Positions 8,837 through 20,288 are shown, numbered from the stretch's first letter. The stretch: DNA of 64,000 nucleotides from an uncultured Chloroflexia bacterium (GCA_963698255.1 CAVOQD010000024.1:581072-645071); one strand, 5' to 3'. Translations and numbers: made by a program. The notes: generated by a model not told the origin, from the sequence alone.

Positions 8837-10743
8837 CTACAGAAAATACCGCTCCTTATCCCGCATCTCTTCCCACTCCTCACGCGCTGCATTGACCGAA
8901 TCGTATTCGCTGACCTCGGCGATGGGCACATCCCACCAGGACTCGTAGCCGGGCACGCCCAGGTAGCGGTCGTTCTCGACGTAGATGACCGTCGTGCGCT
9001 CGATGGCCTTGGCCTCTTGCAGCGCCGCGACCACGTCTTCGTAGCGTCTGGCATTCGATGACGTACGCGCCCAGGCTGCGGGCATTGGCCACCAGATCGA
9101 CCGGCAGCACCTCGACGCCATCGTAGCCGCCGTCATCGGTCGGCAGACCCTCCTCGCCGGGGAAGGCGTAGCGGGTGCCGAAGCCCTCCTGGCCCAGCGA
9201 ACGGGAGAGCGCACCGATGCTGCGATAGCCGTTGTTGTTCATGAGGACGATGGTCAGCTTCTGCTTCTCCTGGACCGAGGTGATGATCTCCTGGGCCATC
9301 ATCAGATAGCTGCCGTCGCCCAGCATCACGTAGACCTCACGCTCCGGGTCGGCCATCTTGACGCCCAGCCCGCCGGCGATCTCGTAGCCCATGCAACTGT
9401 AGCCGTATTCGAGGTGAAACTGCTTGGGATGGCGGCTGCGCCAGAGCTTGTGCATGTCGCCCGGCAGGCTGCCGGCCGCGCCGACCATGACCGCATCGGG
9501 ATCGCCGCTGTCGTTGACCGCGCCGATGAGCGCGCCCTGGAAGGGCAGTCCGCTCTCGGCCGATCTTGATGGCGTAGAGTCGGTCGACTTCGTCTTCCCA
9601 GGCCGTCGTGCAGTCGCTTGGCTTCGGCGCTGTAGCTTTCGGCCAGCCTTGAAGCCTTCCGAGCGCCCTGGACAAGCTCGTCCAGCGTGGCCCGGGCATC
9701 GCCAACCAGCGGCAGGGCTGAGTGCTTGTAGGCGTCGAACTCGGCCACGTTGATGTTGATGAAGCGCACATCCGGATGCTCGAACTGGGTCTTGCTGGAG
9801 GTGGTGAAGTCGCTGTAGCGGGTGCCGATGCCGATGATCAGATCGGCCTGTTTGGCCATGATGTTGGCCGCCGACGTGCCGGTTGCGCCCACCGCGCCCA
9901 GGCAGAGCGGATGGTCGTAGCGCAGGCTGCCCTTGCCGGCCATGGTCTCGCCCACAGGGATGCCCGTGCTGGTCGACAAAGGCTCTCAGGGCATCCGTCG
10001 GCCTCGCTGTAGTGAACGCCGCCGCCGGCGATGATCATGGGCGACTTGGCGCGCTTGATCCACTCGACGGCCTGGGCCAAGGCTCGTCTGATCGGGTCGA
10101 TTGCGGGGCACGCGCCAGACGCGCTTCTGCGAAAAGTTCGACCGGATAGTCGTACGCCTCGACCTGCACATCCTGGGGCAGACAGAGCGTGACCGCGCCG
10201 GTGTCGGCCGGGCTGGTGAGCACGCGCATGGCCTCGGGCAACGCCGTGATGATCTGCTCCGGGTCGGTAGAAGCGGTCCCAGTAGCGGCTGACCGGCTTG
10301 AAGCTGTCGTTGGCCGAGATGTCCTGGCTGTGCTCGAACTCGACCTGTTGCAGCAGGGGGGCCGTGTTGCGCCGGGCAAAGATGTCGCCCGGCAGCAGCA
10401 GCACCGGCACCCGGTTGATGGTGGCCCCCGCCGCCGCGGTCACCATGTTGGTGGCGCCGGGACCGATGGAACTGGTGCAGGCCAGCGTGCGCAGGCGATT
10501 GCTGTGCTTGGCAAAGGCCGCGGCCGTGTGGACCATGGCCTGCTCGTTGCGGGTCTGGTAGTAGCGGAAGGCGGGATACTGCTGGAGCGCCTGGCCCATG
10601 CCGGCCACATTGCCGTGGCCAAAGATGCCGAAACAGCCGGCGAAGAACTTGTGCTCGACGCCGTCTCGCTCCGTGTACTGGACGTCCAAAAATCTGACAA
10701 TGGCCTGGGCCATCGTCAGGCGAACCGTTGTGTTGTTGTCCAT
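8837..10743 (-). pseudogene. iolD: 3D-(3,5/4)-trihydroxycyclohexane-1,2-dione acylhydrolase IolD (TPP enzyme); frame broken about 7 times
   Basis: MDNNTTVRLTMAQAIVRFLDVQYTERDGVEHKFFAGCFGIFGHGNVAG..., GIPVGETMAGKGSL, GDGSYLMMAQEIITSVQEKQKLTIVLMNNNGYRSIG and ...WWDVPIAEVSEYDSV... are spread over ORFs 9838..10743, 10035..10379, 9986..10774, 9326..9979, 9337..9771, 8880..9488 and 8837..9214. Confidence 0.85.
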
Positions 10744-10763
10744 TTGGCTCCTGTTTGAATGAT

Positions 10764-10852
10764 AAGGGTGACAAGGTGACAGGGTGACAAGGTGAATTCT
10801 CAGAACATTGAACTGTTCACCTCAGCACCCTGTCACCCGGTCCCCTTGTCAC
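10764..10852. repeat. inverted-repeat hairpin element, 'GTGACA' family (copy 2)
   Basis: Left arm AGGGTGACAAGGTGACAGGGTGACAAGGTGAA (10764-10795), right arm TTCACCTCAGCACCCTGTCACCCGGTCCCCTTGTCAC (10816-10852). Confidence 0.8.
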
Positions 10853-11858
10853 GTCTTCTCCTGATAGATCGCCGGCATCTCCGGCTCGTCGACCGCCACG
10901 GCAACCCGCTGCGGGCCGACTGGATGCAGGCGTCCGCGATGATCATGGCGATGTAGCCGTCCCATGTCGACGGACCGGTTTGTTCCCCGGCGAGCAGACT
11001 GCGCACCCAGGCCGCCGCCTCTTCAATGTAGGCGATCTCAAAACGTTGCAGCCAGTCCTCCTCGATGGTCTGCGACAGCGCGCCGGATTGGCGCATCTGC
11101 ATCTCTTGCAGGCCGCCGACCGCCACCGATGCCTGTTCGCCGACCACTTCGACACGCACCTCGTAGCCGTAGCCTGCATCGGCGTTCAGCTCGATGATCG
11201 CCAACGCACCATGGTCGAAGGCCATCTCGATCACGGCCAGCCGGCAGGTGTCGGGCAGAGCCGGATCGGCGGGGATGGTGCGGGTGTAGACGCTGGTCAC
11301 TTGGCCGCCCAGCAGCCAGCGGGCCGAGTGGATGTCGTGGACCGCCGAGTTGATGATCACGTCGTCAACGGTGCGCAGCGTTTCGCCGCCCAGATTGGTG
11401 TGGGTGCCGCGAAAGTAGAGCGGCCTGCCCAGCCGCCCCGACTGCACAGCGTTGAAGATCTGTCGATGCGACGGGTCATACTCGCGCATGAATCCGAGCT
11501 GCACCAACCGCTTGCCTGCCGCCACCTCAGCCTTGACCACGCCTTCGGCCTCGGCGACGCTGGTCGCCAGCGGCTTCTCGCACAAGACCGGCTTGCCGGC
11601 GGCGATGCAGGCCGACGCCAGGCGAGCGTGGGTGCGATCCGGCGACGCAATCACCAGCGCGTCAACGTCCGGATCGGCAATCAGAGCGTCGGCGTCTGTG
11701 TAGATCTTGGCCCCGCCACATGTCGGCAGCAACGACCGCCGCCGTGTTCCGGCTCAACATCCATGATGCCCAACCACGCGTGCCCCCGGCGTCCGCAACG
11801 CCAGATTGCGCGCATGCCGTCCACCCATGCCGCCAGTCCCGATGATGCCAATCTTCAC
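10849..11858 (-). pseudogene. iolG: inositol 2-dehydrogenase, B. subtilis IolG type (Gfo/Idh/MocA); about 4 frame breaks
   Basis: The core is ORF 10833..11732(-), with GKPVLCEKPLA, GKRLVQLGFMREYD and GPSTWDGYIAMIIADACIQSA (compare Bsu IolG GKRLVQVGFMRRYD and GPTAWDGYIAAVTTDAC). The N-terminus VKIGIIGTGGMGGRHARNL starts at GTG 11858 and needs three +1 corrections near 11770-11715. The C-terminus VAVAVDEPEMPAIYQEKT* (stop 10849) needs one more near 10895. Confidence 0.75.
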
Positions 11859-11904
11859 CACTTCACCTGTCACCTTGTCACCCCCTCACCCTGTCATCTT
11901 TTCT

Positions 11905-12933
<1,029 letters not shown>

Positions 12934-12953
12934 TCTGTGTCACCTCAGTAGGT

Positions 12954-13037
12954 GAAGAACGAAGATCGAAGATCGGGCAGAGTTGCTCTCCGACGTCAAG
13001 AGATCCTTGTTCTTCGTTCTCCAATCTTTGTTCTTCG
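12954..13037. repeat. inverted-repeat hairpin element, 'GAACAAAGATCGAAGA' family (copy 2)
   Basis: Left arm GAAGAACGAAGATCGAAGATCG (12954-12975), right arm GATCCTTGTTCTTCGTTCTCCAATCTTTGTTCTTCG (13002-13037). Confidence 0.8.
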
Positions 13038-13935
13038 TTAGTACAACGGCAACCGCTCATCCACCCCCACATACGTCTCCTTGACCCAGGTCGCCTTGGG
13101 GTCGTCCTGATTGGCCAGGCTTTGGGCGCTGCCGGCCAGGACGTTGAGATAGTAGGTGGTGTAGCCGGGCGCGCTGGTGACCGGGTGATAGCCTTCGGGC
13201 ACGAGCACGGCGTCGCCGTCGCGGGCGACAGACCAGGGCGTCGATGGGGATAGCCGGCCTGGTGCAGCGGCGAACCCTTCGTCGGTGTAGACGCGCTGGT
13301 AGGCGTAGCCGTCGGGCTTGTCGATTCGGTAGTAGTAGACCTCTTCCAGGTCGGCCTCGATCAGATTGCCGTCGGCGTCCTCGATGTGGACGTCATGCTT
13401 GTGGCCGGGATAGCTGCTCCAGTTGCCGGACGGCGTGTAGACCTCGACCAGCACCAGCCGGTGGACGGGCGAGCCGGGCGGCAGCAGATCGTTGATCTGG
13501 CGGCTGACGTTGTCGCCGCCGCGGATGGCGATGGGCACATCTTCGGGCATGATCAGCCATGGATCGTGGTCCTCATCGGTCGGCACCCAGGTGACCGCAA
13601 ACTCGCCGCCCTGCCTCCGCCGTGACGGTGAACTCGGTTCGCCGCGGCAGGTAGAGCGCATGGGCCGCCGACGTGAAGACGTTCTCTCGCCCGCCGATGC
13701 CCTGCCAATCGCCGCGTGACGAGGTCACGCTGTAGACGCCGGTCAGGTTGACGATGGCCAGTTCGTTCTCGCCGGTCTCGAAGGACCAGCTTTCCCCGCT
13801 CGCCAGCCGTCGAACCTGGAACGAAATGTAGTCCCAGCCGGCCTGTTCAGGCGTGACGGACAGGATCAGGTTCGGGTCGTCGGCTGCGCCGGGTTCGAGG
13901 GGGTGAACAAGGATGTTTTCGCTTGTGTATTGCAT
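13038..13935 (-). pseudogene. iolB: 5-deoxy-glucuronate isomerase IolB; at least 1 frame break (about 13625)
   Basis: N-terminal half MQYTSENILVHPLEPGAADDPNLILSVTPEQAGWDYISFQVRRL... is in ORF 13573..14037 (start ATG 13935). The C-terminal half ...SSYPGHKHDV...AVLVPEGYHPVTSAPGYTTYYLNVLAG... is in ORF 13038..13661. A compensated shift pair near 13230-13260 is possible. Confidence 0.8.
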
Positions 13936-13968
13936 GGGTTGCACTCTCCTATCCGATCTATCTACGTC

Positions 13969-14047
13969 GTAGGTGCGGTTTGCAACCGCACGATTTTCGA
14001 ATAACCAAGCTATTCGTGCATGCGCTATGGGTTGCAAACCGCACCTA
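13969..14047. repeat. inverted repeat of a 'GTAGGTGCGGTTTGCAACC' unit
   Basis: GTAGGTGCGGTTTGCAACCGCAC (13969-13991, which itself contains the 8-bp stem GTGCGGTT/AACCGCAC) and its complement GGTTGCAAACCGCACCTAC (14029-14047). It lies between the LacI stop and the iolB start. Confidence 0.75.
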
Positions 14048-14072
14048 CAATTGTCACTGCATCATCACCCTG

Positions 14073-15110
14073 TCACCTGTCCCTGTCCCCGCCGGTCGAC
14101 CTGCGCACAATCAACTCGCCCGGCAGAATCGTTTGCTCTCGCCGTGCCGCCGGATCCGGAGCTCCGATCAGTTCCAGGATGAGGCGCATGGCCGTCTCGC
14201 CCATCTGGCGACGTGGCTGACGCAGCGTGGTGAGCGGCGGTTCGAGGTAGGCGGCGAATTCGACGTCGTCGAAGCCGGTGATGGCGATCTCGTCGGGGAT
14301 GCGATGGCCCCGGTTGTGCAGCACGGTCAGCGCGCCGGTGGCCATGGTGTCGTTGTAGCAGCAGATGGCATCAGGCGGTGCGCCCCAGAGTTGATCGGCG
14401 GCGGGCAGCAGTTTCTCGGCGGCCTCGACGCCGCCGTCAAAGCGACCGTTCTTGCCGATGACAAATAGTTCGGGTTCAAGACCGGCAGCCAGCAGGGTGT
14501 CGCTCCAAGCCTGGCGGCGCTCGATCAGCGTCTTGCCGCCGTCCGCGTTGCCGATGTGGGCGATGCGACGATAGCCGCGGTCGATGAGATGCTGCACGAC
14601 CTTACACATGCCGCCGTAGTCGTCGTGGAGGACGGCGTGCATGTTGTCGCCGTCGGCCTGGGTGTTGATCAGCACGATGGGGATGCCGGTCTCCTGCAGC
14701 AACTCGGCGTACGGATTGCCGACCATGCTTGACGCCACGATGATGCCGTCCACCTGGCGGCTCTGGAAGTGGCGCACGACTTCGAATTCACGTTGGGGAT
14801 TGAGGGTGGCCGTCGCCAGCAGGATGCTGTAGTTGTTGCGCAACGCCTCATGCTCCAGCCCTTCAGCCACTTCGCTGTTGAACGGATCGGCCAGGTTGTT
14901 GATGACAAGGCCCACGGTGTAGCTGCGTTGCGAAACCAGACCCCGCGCAATCATGCTGGGCGTGTAGCCCATTTCGCGGGCGATGGCGCGGATACGCGCG
15001 CGGGTCTCCTCGGCCATGCGGCCTTCGCCACGCAATGCACGGCTCACCGTCGGATGGGAGACGCCGGCAAGCTGGGCGATATCCTTGATGGAGACACGTT
15101 TTTTGGCCAC
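14073..15110 (-). CDS. LacI-family transcriptional regulator (probable iol cluster regulator)
   Basis: ORF 14073..15218(-). The HTH VSIKDIAQLAGVSHPTVSRALRG is near the N-terminus. Start placed at GTG 15110 (VAKKRVSIKD). A periplasmic-binding-like sugar domain follows. The last codons overlap a GTGACA-family arm. Confidence 0.8.
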   Translation of the reverse strand: MAKKRVSIKDIAQLAGVSHPTVSRALRGEGRMAEETRARIRAIAREMGYTPSMIARGLVSQRSYTVGLVINNLADPFNSEVAEGLEHEALRNNYSILLATATLNPQREFEVVRHFQSRQVDGIIVASSMVGNPYAELLQETGIPIVLINTQADGDNMHAVLHDDYGGMCKVVQHLIDRGYRRIAHIGNADGGKTLIERRQAWSDTLLAAGLEPELFVIGKNGRFDGGVEAAEKLLPAADQLWGAPPDAICCYNDTMATGALTVLHNRGHRIPDEIAITGFDDVEFAAYLEPPLTTLRQPRRQMGETAMRLILELIGAPDPAARREQTILPGELIVRRSTGGDRDR

Positions 15111-15189
15111 GGGCGGTTCGTTTTGGCAACTGAAGCGGGCTCGAAAATCGACAACGAATTGGACGAGAAACTGCATCGGGGAAGCAAAA

Positions 15190-15207
15190 TGCGCACACGT
15201 ATGCGCA
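15190..15207. promoter_or_regulatory. candidate LacI-type operator (near-palindrome)
   Basis: TGCGCAcACGTaTGCGCA is palindromic at 16 of 18 positions, centred on ACGT, 80-97 nt upstream of the proposed regulator start. A second inverted repeat, CGATTG-n7-CAATCG, lies at 15223-15241. Confidence 0.3.
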
Positions 15208-15386
15208 AAGTGTATCACGGAGCGATTGCGCTTGTCAATCGTTTTTGTAAGATCATGCCTTCATTCGGAATGTCTCGGCCGAGCCTGTCGGCTAGATTGT
15301 GCCAGCCCCAGACGTAGGCTTTGAATACCTGGTCGAAGGTGAGTGAGTTGATCGGGGATTGAGTTGATTGGTTGTTGATGGTTTGG

Positions 15387-18047
15387 CTAGTTTGTGAGTA
15401 GCGAGCGTACCGCATTAAAGTCCGGCCCTTGCGGCATGGTAAAGAGGCAGGCGCCGTTACTTCTCGCTGCCCACAGTTCTCCGATGGCTCTCTTTTCCTC
15501 CGAATCTGCATTGCTCCACAAATGGGCACCCTTGTATTCAACCACGAGATAGCGTCCATCGATCAGTTTGCATACAAAGTCAGGATAGAATCTGTCAGTC
15601 GAAGTCTGTAGCCAGAACGAATGCCTTGGACGTCGCTCCAGGTTTCGCACCCAGGTTTCCACCTCCGGCTGCGTCGCAAGGAAGTGTGCGTAGCGCTTCT
15701 CTTCCTCCGTATCGAAGTCGCCGATTTCGGGATAGTAGTGCTTCGGCATCTCCAAAGAACCACGGTAGAGGCGGTTATATGGATATTCGTTATGTGGGTA
15801 GGTGAAACAGGATTCCGGCGTGACGACGACTTCCATACCGTCGAGAAGATTGGGCGACAGCAATTGCCGCATCGCAGTGGTTCGTTGCGCGTCGCTACAC
15901 GTTTTCATGTGGGCAACGATAGCGTTTAGCAATCGGTACTTGTCGCCAACCAAGGCTCCCTGACTGATACCCCGTTCTCGTTCCAGGTTCTGCAAGAGTT
16001 TGACCAAGAACGCGCTCGACTCATCCAACGGTATCTCGGCACGATTGGGCAGACGCAAGTCCAGCCACCGAGCCAATTCAGCGATTGTCCAATCCGCGTT
16101 GGCGTCAAGAAGCGCCATCTGTTCATGCAAAGCGCCGATGAAGCGTGTCTTGACTTTGCCGCCTGCATCGACATCAATTTCTCCCGTTACATATTCTGTC
16201 TGGGTTAAGGAATACTCTTGTTCATCAAGCATGGGCATGCAAGTGGTAAGCAATCCCGGCATCACTTCGAGCAGATGAGTCTCCTCCAATTGCTCGAATA
16301 TATCGCCCTGCCGAATTGACAACACTGGAATGCTGAAAGAATGCCCCCTGTTAGAAGGTGGACGGCGATCTGGCTGGTAGAGTTGCGACCGTTCAAAGAG
16401 TTGAACGACTGCGGTCTTGTCTCGCGGGGAATCGAAACACCCTTGCAATGCCGCAAGATCAGCCTCGTTCATGGGGCCTGTGAATGTCAAGCTGCTCGAT
16501 TTGGGTTCGTAGATGATCTTTGCCGCGGTTGTTGGCGGCAAAGATCCCAACGAAGGCGGCTGCGAAACATTGGTCGTGTGCTTTGGCGGACCTGGCTCCA
16601 CAACCTGGTGCAAGTCTTGCCAGAGTGGCAGACCGGTAACCATGTCTTCGCGAGACTGACCCTGCTCGATGAGCTGCTCCGCCTCCTGACGCTCAAAGCC
16701 ATTCTGGACTAGGGCATCAGCGAGTGACGATGCCACGCCGGCAAACGCTGTGGACGAGGCGACGAACGCATATGCGCAGTTTAGTTCTTCGTTTGCCCGG
16801 CGTTTTGCATAGGGCATACGTAGCACCCGACCCAGTATCTGTTCGACGGCCGTGCTCGACCTTGATTCTGCGACCGAGCAAAGCACGTAGGCAAAAGGAC
16901 AGTCCCAACCTTCCCTCAGCGCCTGAACCGTGATGACAAATCGTACTGGGCATTTGGGGTCGTTGAGGTCGACGCCGTCGAGTTGGCGGTCAGTGCCTGT
17001 TGCACGGGCGATCTGCTCCTCGGGGATTCGCCAGTCATCAATCAGGCTCTGCTCCACCACATCAATGTTGAGGCTCTCGCGATTCTTGTAGCTCTTTTCA
17101 GCCTGCAGCAACATGATCGGTCGGATGTATTCGCTGCCATGAAGTCGTTCTGCAACGGCCAATTCTTCGAGATGAGCGCGCAAATTGACGGCGTCGCCAA
17201 GAAGCTGCCGCCAATCGCTGCGCGTCGCCAATCGAATGGGCAGCTTGATCATCTCCTCGGCCTTGAGTTCGGCAGCGGAGACGCTGTAGAGCACATTGCT
17301 GGCATGATTTCCGGACGCTGGGGTGGCCGTAAGCTCAAGAATACAGGCCGGATCGAAACGGGCCAGGGTCTCAAACGAGAGATCGGTGCGAGCGTTGTGG
17401 GCTTCGTCCACAATCACGGCAGGACGACGCAGCCGCAACACGTTCTCCAGCGAACGGTGTGGCGTTCCGTCCTCGAAACGTACGAGTCTCTCCAATACGG
17501 ACGGCGGCAGATTGTCGAAATGGGTCATCAGGCTGCCGGCGTCATCGTAGACTTTGCGACCCTCGGTCTCCTCGACGCGGAATGCCTGCATGGTGGCCAC
17601 AATCACCGTGGTCGATGTGTCCAATGTGGCTCGGGTCAGAGAGAGTGCTTCCCCCAAGTTGAGCACTGTGACGGAACCGCAACTGCTTTCCAGCGCCTGT
17701 CGATACGGGTGACGTTTGTCTTTTAGCGCGTCTATAGTCTGTGTCAGAATGGCGTTGGACGGCACAAGCCAAAGCACCACGGAATGCTCGTTGTGGAGGA
17801 GGTCATGCTCTGTAATGCCAATGGCGTGCGCGGCGATGAGCGTCTTGCCGCCGCCGGTTGGGATGCGGATACAGGCATAGGGCAGACCGTGCAGGCCCGG
17901 TGCTGGGCGATACGAGATGCCGCGGCTGAACGTGTCGCGTGTCGTTAGGTAGAATGCAGCGTCGGCGTCGCCCTCTTGAACGCAACGTTGATAGTAGCTC
18001 CGCAATACATCGAGGGCGCGCTGCTGATATTCCTTGAGCGCAAGCAT
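15387..18047 (-). CDS. res: type III restriction enzyme Res subunit (SF2 helicase + C-terminal PD-(D/E)xK nuclease)
   Basis: Uninterrupted 886-aa ORF with Walker A RIPTGGGKTLIA, DEAH box VIVDEAHNA, ILELTATP, a late helicase motif EGWDCP, and the C-terminal nuclease-like YPDFV...LVVEYKG. The start ATG is 2 nt after the hicA stop. Confidence 0.85.
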   Translation of the reverse strand: MLALKEYQQRALDVLRSYYQRCVQEGDADAAFYLTTRDTFSRGISYRPAPGLHGLPYACIRIPTGGGKTLIAAHAIGITEHDLLHNEHSVVLWLVPSNAILTQTIDALKDKRHPYRQALESSCGSVTVLNLGEALSLTRATLDTSTTVIVATMQAFRVEETEGRKVYDDAGSLMTHFDNLPPSVLERLVRFEDGTPHRSLENVLRLRRPAVIVDEAHNARTDLSFETLARFDPACILELTATPASGNHASNVLYSVSAAELKAEEMIKLPIRLATRSDWRQLLGDAVNLRAHLEELAVAERLHGSEYIRPIMLLQAEKSYKNRESLNIDVVEQSLIDDWRIPEEQIARATGTDRQLDGVDLNDPKCPVRFVITVQALREGWDCPFAYVLCSVAESRSSTAVEQILGRVLRMPYAKRRANEELNCAYAFVASSTAFAGVASSLADALVQNGFERQEAEQLIEQGQSREDMVTGLPLWQDLHQVVEPGPPKHTTNVSQPPSLGSLPPTTAAKIIYEPKSSSLTFTGPMNEADLAALQGCFDSPRDKTAVVQLFERSQLYQPDRRPPSNRGHSFSIPVLSIRQGDIFEQLEETHLLEVMPGLLTTCMPMLDEQEYSLTQTEYVTGEIDVDAGGKVKTRFIGALHEQMALLDANADWTIAELARWLDLRLPNRAEIPLDESSAFLVKLLQNLERERGISQGALVGDKYRLLNAIVAHMKTCSDAQRTTAMRQLLSPNLLDGMEVVVTPESCFTYPHNEYPYNRLYRGSLEMPKHYYPEIGDFDTEEEKRYAHFLATQPEVETWVRNLERRPRHSFWLQTSTDRFYPDFVCKLIDGRYLVVEYKGAHLWSNADSEEKRAIGELWAARSNGACLFTMPQGPDFNAVRSLLTN

Positions 18048-18049
18048 GG

Positions 18050-18274
18050 CTATCCGGCCTCAAAAAGGTTGCGTGGGAGTCCTGACTGGCGAATGATGGA
18101 GCGCAGCGTGCCGGCGCGCAGCTCTTTGTGTTCGGGAACAGGTACGGTTATCGATCCGTTCGTCAGCCGCATCTGCATGATGACGTGACTGCCGCGCTGT
18201 CGTGCTTCGACGAAACCGTGCTCGGCCAAGATGGCGCAGACCTCGCGCCCCGAGAGTACGCGCAACCTAGGCAA
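18050..18274 (-). CDS. hicA: HicA-family toxin (mRNA interferase)
   Basis: 74 aa. MPRLRVLSGREVCAILAEHGFVEARQRGSHVIM...VPVPEHKELRAGTLRSIIRQSGL matches the HicA/YcfA pattern. The TTG start overlaps the hicB stop by 8 nt. Confidence 0.8.
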   Translation of the reverse strand: MPRLRVLSGREVCAILAEHGFVEARQRGSHVIMQMRLTNGSITVPVPEHKELRAGTLRSIIRQSGLPRNLFEAG

Positions 18275-18497
18275 CGGGCACCCCCACGCCTACCTGGGTG
18301 ATGAACACTTCACCATGCAGTCGTGACTCGATCTCATTTGCCGAGGCCGTCTCAAAGAATAGTTCGATGGCTTCGATCAAGTTGGTCCGCGCCTCTTCAA
18401 CCGACTGCCCCTGGCTGGCAATGTCGAGTTCGGGACAGAGCGCCACGTACCAATCTTCGTCGCGTTCGATGATGGCCGTAAATTGCTGGTAGGTCAT
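18267..18497 (-). CDS. hicB: HicB-family antitoxin (UPF0150 fold, no appended DNA-binding domain)
   Basis: 76 aa. FTAIIERDEDWYVALCPELDIASQGQSVEEARTNLIEAIELFFE is typical of the HicB N-terminal domain. GGGAGA lies 7 nt upstream of the ATG. Confidence 0.75.
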   Translation of the reverse strand: MTYQQFTAIIERDEDWYVALCPELDIASQGQSVEEARTNLIEAIELFFETASANEIESRLHGEVFITQVGVGVPVA

Positions 18498-18563
18498 GTG
18501 CGTTCTCCCATCGCCGGTTACTGATCCGGCCTCTTGAAAGGCCTAGACTTCGTGACTGGCAGG

Positions 18564-20202
18564 CTATAGGTTCAACTCATACGGGATCTGCTTGAAGACA
18601 ATTCGTTCTTGCTGCAACCGCGCCGAACCGATACGGCAACTTGTGCCGTAGACAATTCGTTCGCCGTCAAAGTCCGTTGGCCATGGTAATGAGGCCAACA
18701 CCTGACGCGTCAGTGCATTGCCGCCGCTCGGCGACTTATCGGCAAGGATGCCATTGTAGAGTAGGTAGACGGCGCGTCCACCGGTCATGCCCAGCAAGGG
18801 CGATGGCTGTGGGCCATTTGGGTGCAATGGCTGACCAGTTTCAGCGAAAAATACGTATTGGGCCAAGTCGGAAAACGATACATCAGAACGGATCTGGCCC
18901 TGTTCGTCGTAGAGGGTAGGACCGATGGTGTTGTAACGGAAACCGCCGCCCAAAGCAGCCTCGTTCTTGGCCTTGCCGCCCTGTGCTGTCCACGAGTAGC
19001 CGTCAATCGCTCGTTGTAGGCGGACTGCCGTGATGTTGTTGGCGATTTCCGGTTCCATTTCGACGAGGATGAAGCGACGGGGCGGCTCGCTCGGCTCACT
19101 TGCGTTCATCTTTAGAACGGCGTGGCCGGTTGTGCCACTGCCCGCAAAGGAATCCAGCACGAGGTCCCCCGGATCCGAAGCAATGTGGATGACTCGCTCG
19201 ACAAGCGTTGATGGTTTTGGAGTTACGAATACACTCTCGGAACTCTCAAACTGGCATATCTGGACCAGTTCCTTTTTGGCGAACTGTGTGTGTCCCACTT
19301 CCCCATACGACCAGAAGGTTTGAGGGACTCGCCCTCTCTTAACCTCTGTAAGAAAGCGTTTCAGCTGTGGGGTGCTATTGCCATCACGTCCCCACCAGAT
19401 TCGATTGTCAAGATCGAGTTCTTCGAGCCGCTGCTTTGAAACCGAATAGTAGCGCCCCCGTGGGGGATGTGGAATGGTCCGACCAGATGGTGTCGCTACG
19501 CTATAAGTTCCCTCACTGTAGAAATTTCGAGCAGAGAGATCGCTAGATTTCCATGGGCCGCGACTGTCGGCATCTGGATTTGTGTACGCCGCATCTTGGG
19601 AGGATGTTCGGGCTAATAGGTTTGGAACCCACGCGGTTTTGCTTCGAGCGAAGCAGATAATGTAATCGTGATCCTCCGACAGATATTTTGCGGAGTTCTT
19701 TGGCGAGTACACTTTTTGCCAGATCACTGTGGCGACGAAATTGGCGGCCCCAAATACTTCATCTAGGAGCATCCGAGCATGGTGCACTTCGTTATCATCA
19801 ATGCTCATCCACAGGCTGTCATCCTCGCGCAGAAGTTCTCGAAGTAGCACCAATCTTGGGTACATCATGCAGAGCCATTTGTCGTGGCGAGAGAGGTCTT
19901 CGGCCTCTTTGCCTACCACCTTGCCCAGCCAAGCACGCATGGCCGGGCTGTTGACATTGTCGTTGTAGACCCAGCTTTCGTTGCCTGTGTTATACGGTGG
20001 ATCGATGTAAATGCACTTAACTTGGCCGGCATAGCGGGGCAGCAATGCCTTGAGCGCCAACAGGTTGTCGCCCTCAATGAGCAAATTACCTGCGTTTGGG
20101 TCACCCACGCTACGCGTTTTCATCCTCCTGCAAGAGGTGAAGGGGCACATCTTTATGATGTTCGACGACGGCTTCTTTGCCGATCCAGTTCAGAGTTGGC
20201 AT
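18564..20202 (-). pseudogene. mod: type III R-M Mod subunit (beta-class N6-adenine/N4-cytosine DNA methyltransferase); one frame break near 20122
   Basis: ORF 18564..20150(-) carries IYIDPPYNTGN (motif IV) upstream of VLDSFAGSGTTGHAV (motif I). A conserved-looking N-terminus MPTLNWIGKEAVVEHHKDVPLHLLQEDE is in another frame starting at ATG 20202. Removing one A from GAAAAC (about 20122) joins it to TRSVGDPNAGNLLIEGDNLLALKALL. Confidence 0.85.
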
Positions 20203-20288
20203 GTTGGCTCGCAATACCCGCAAGTGGTTCGATTTCAGCACAGATCATTCTACCACATTTTTCGGGCGGCCTGTTGCTGGGACACTTC

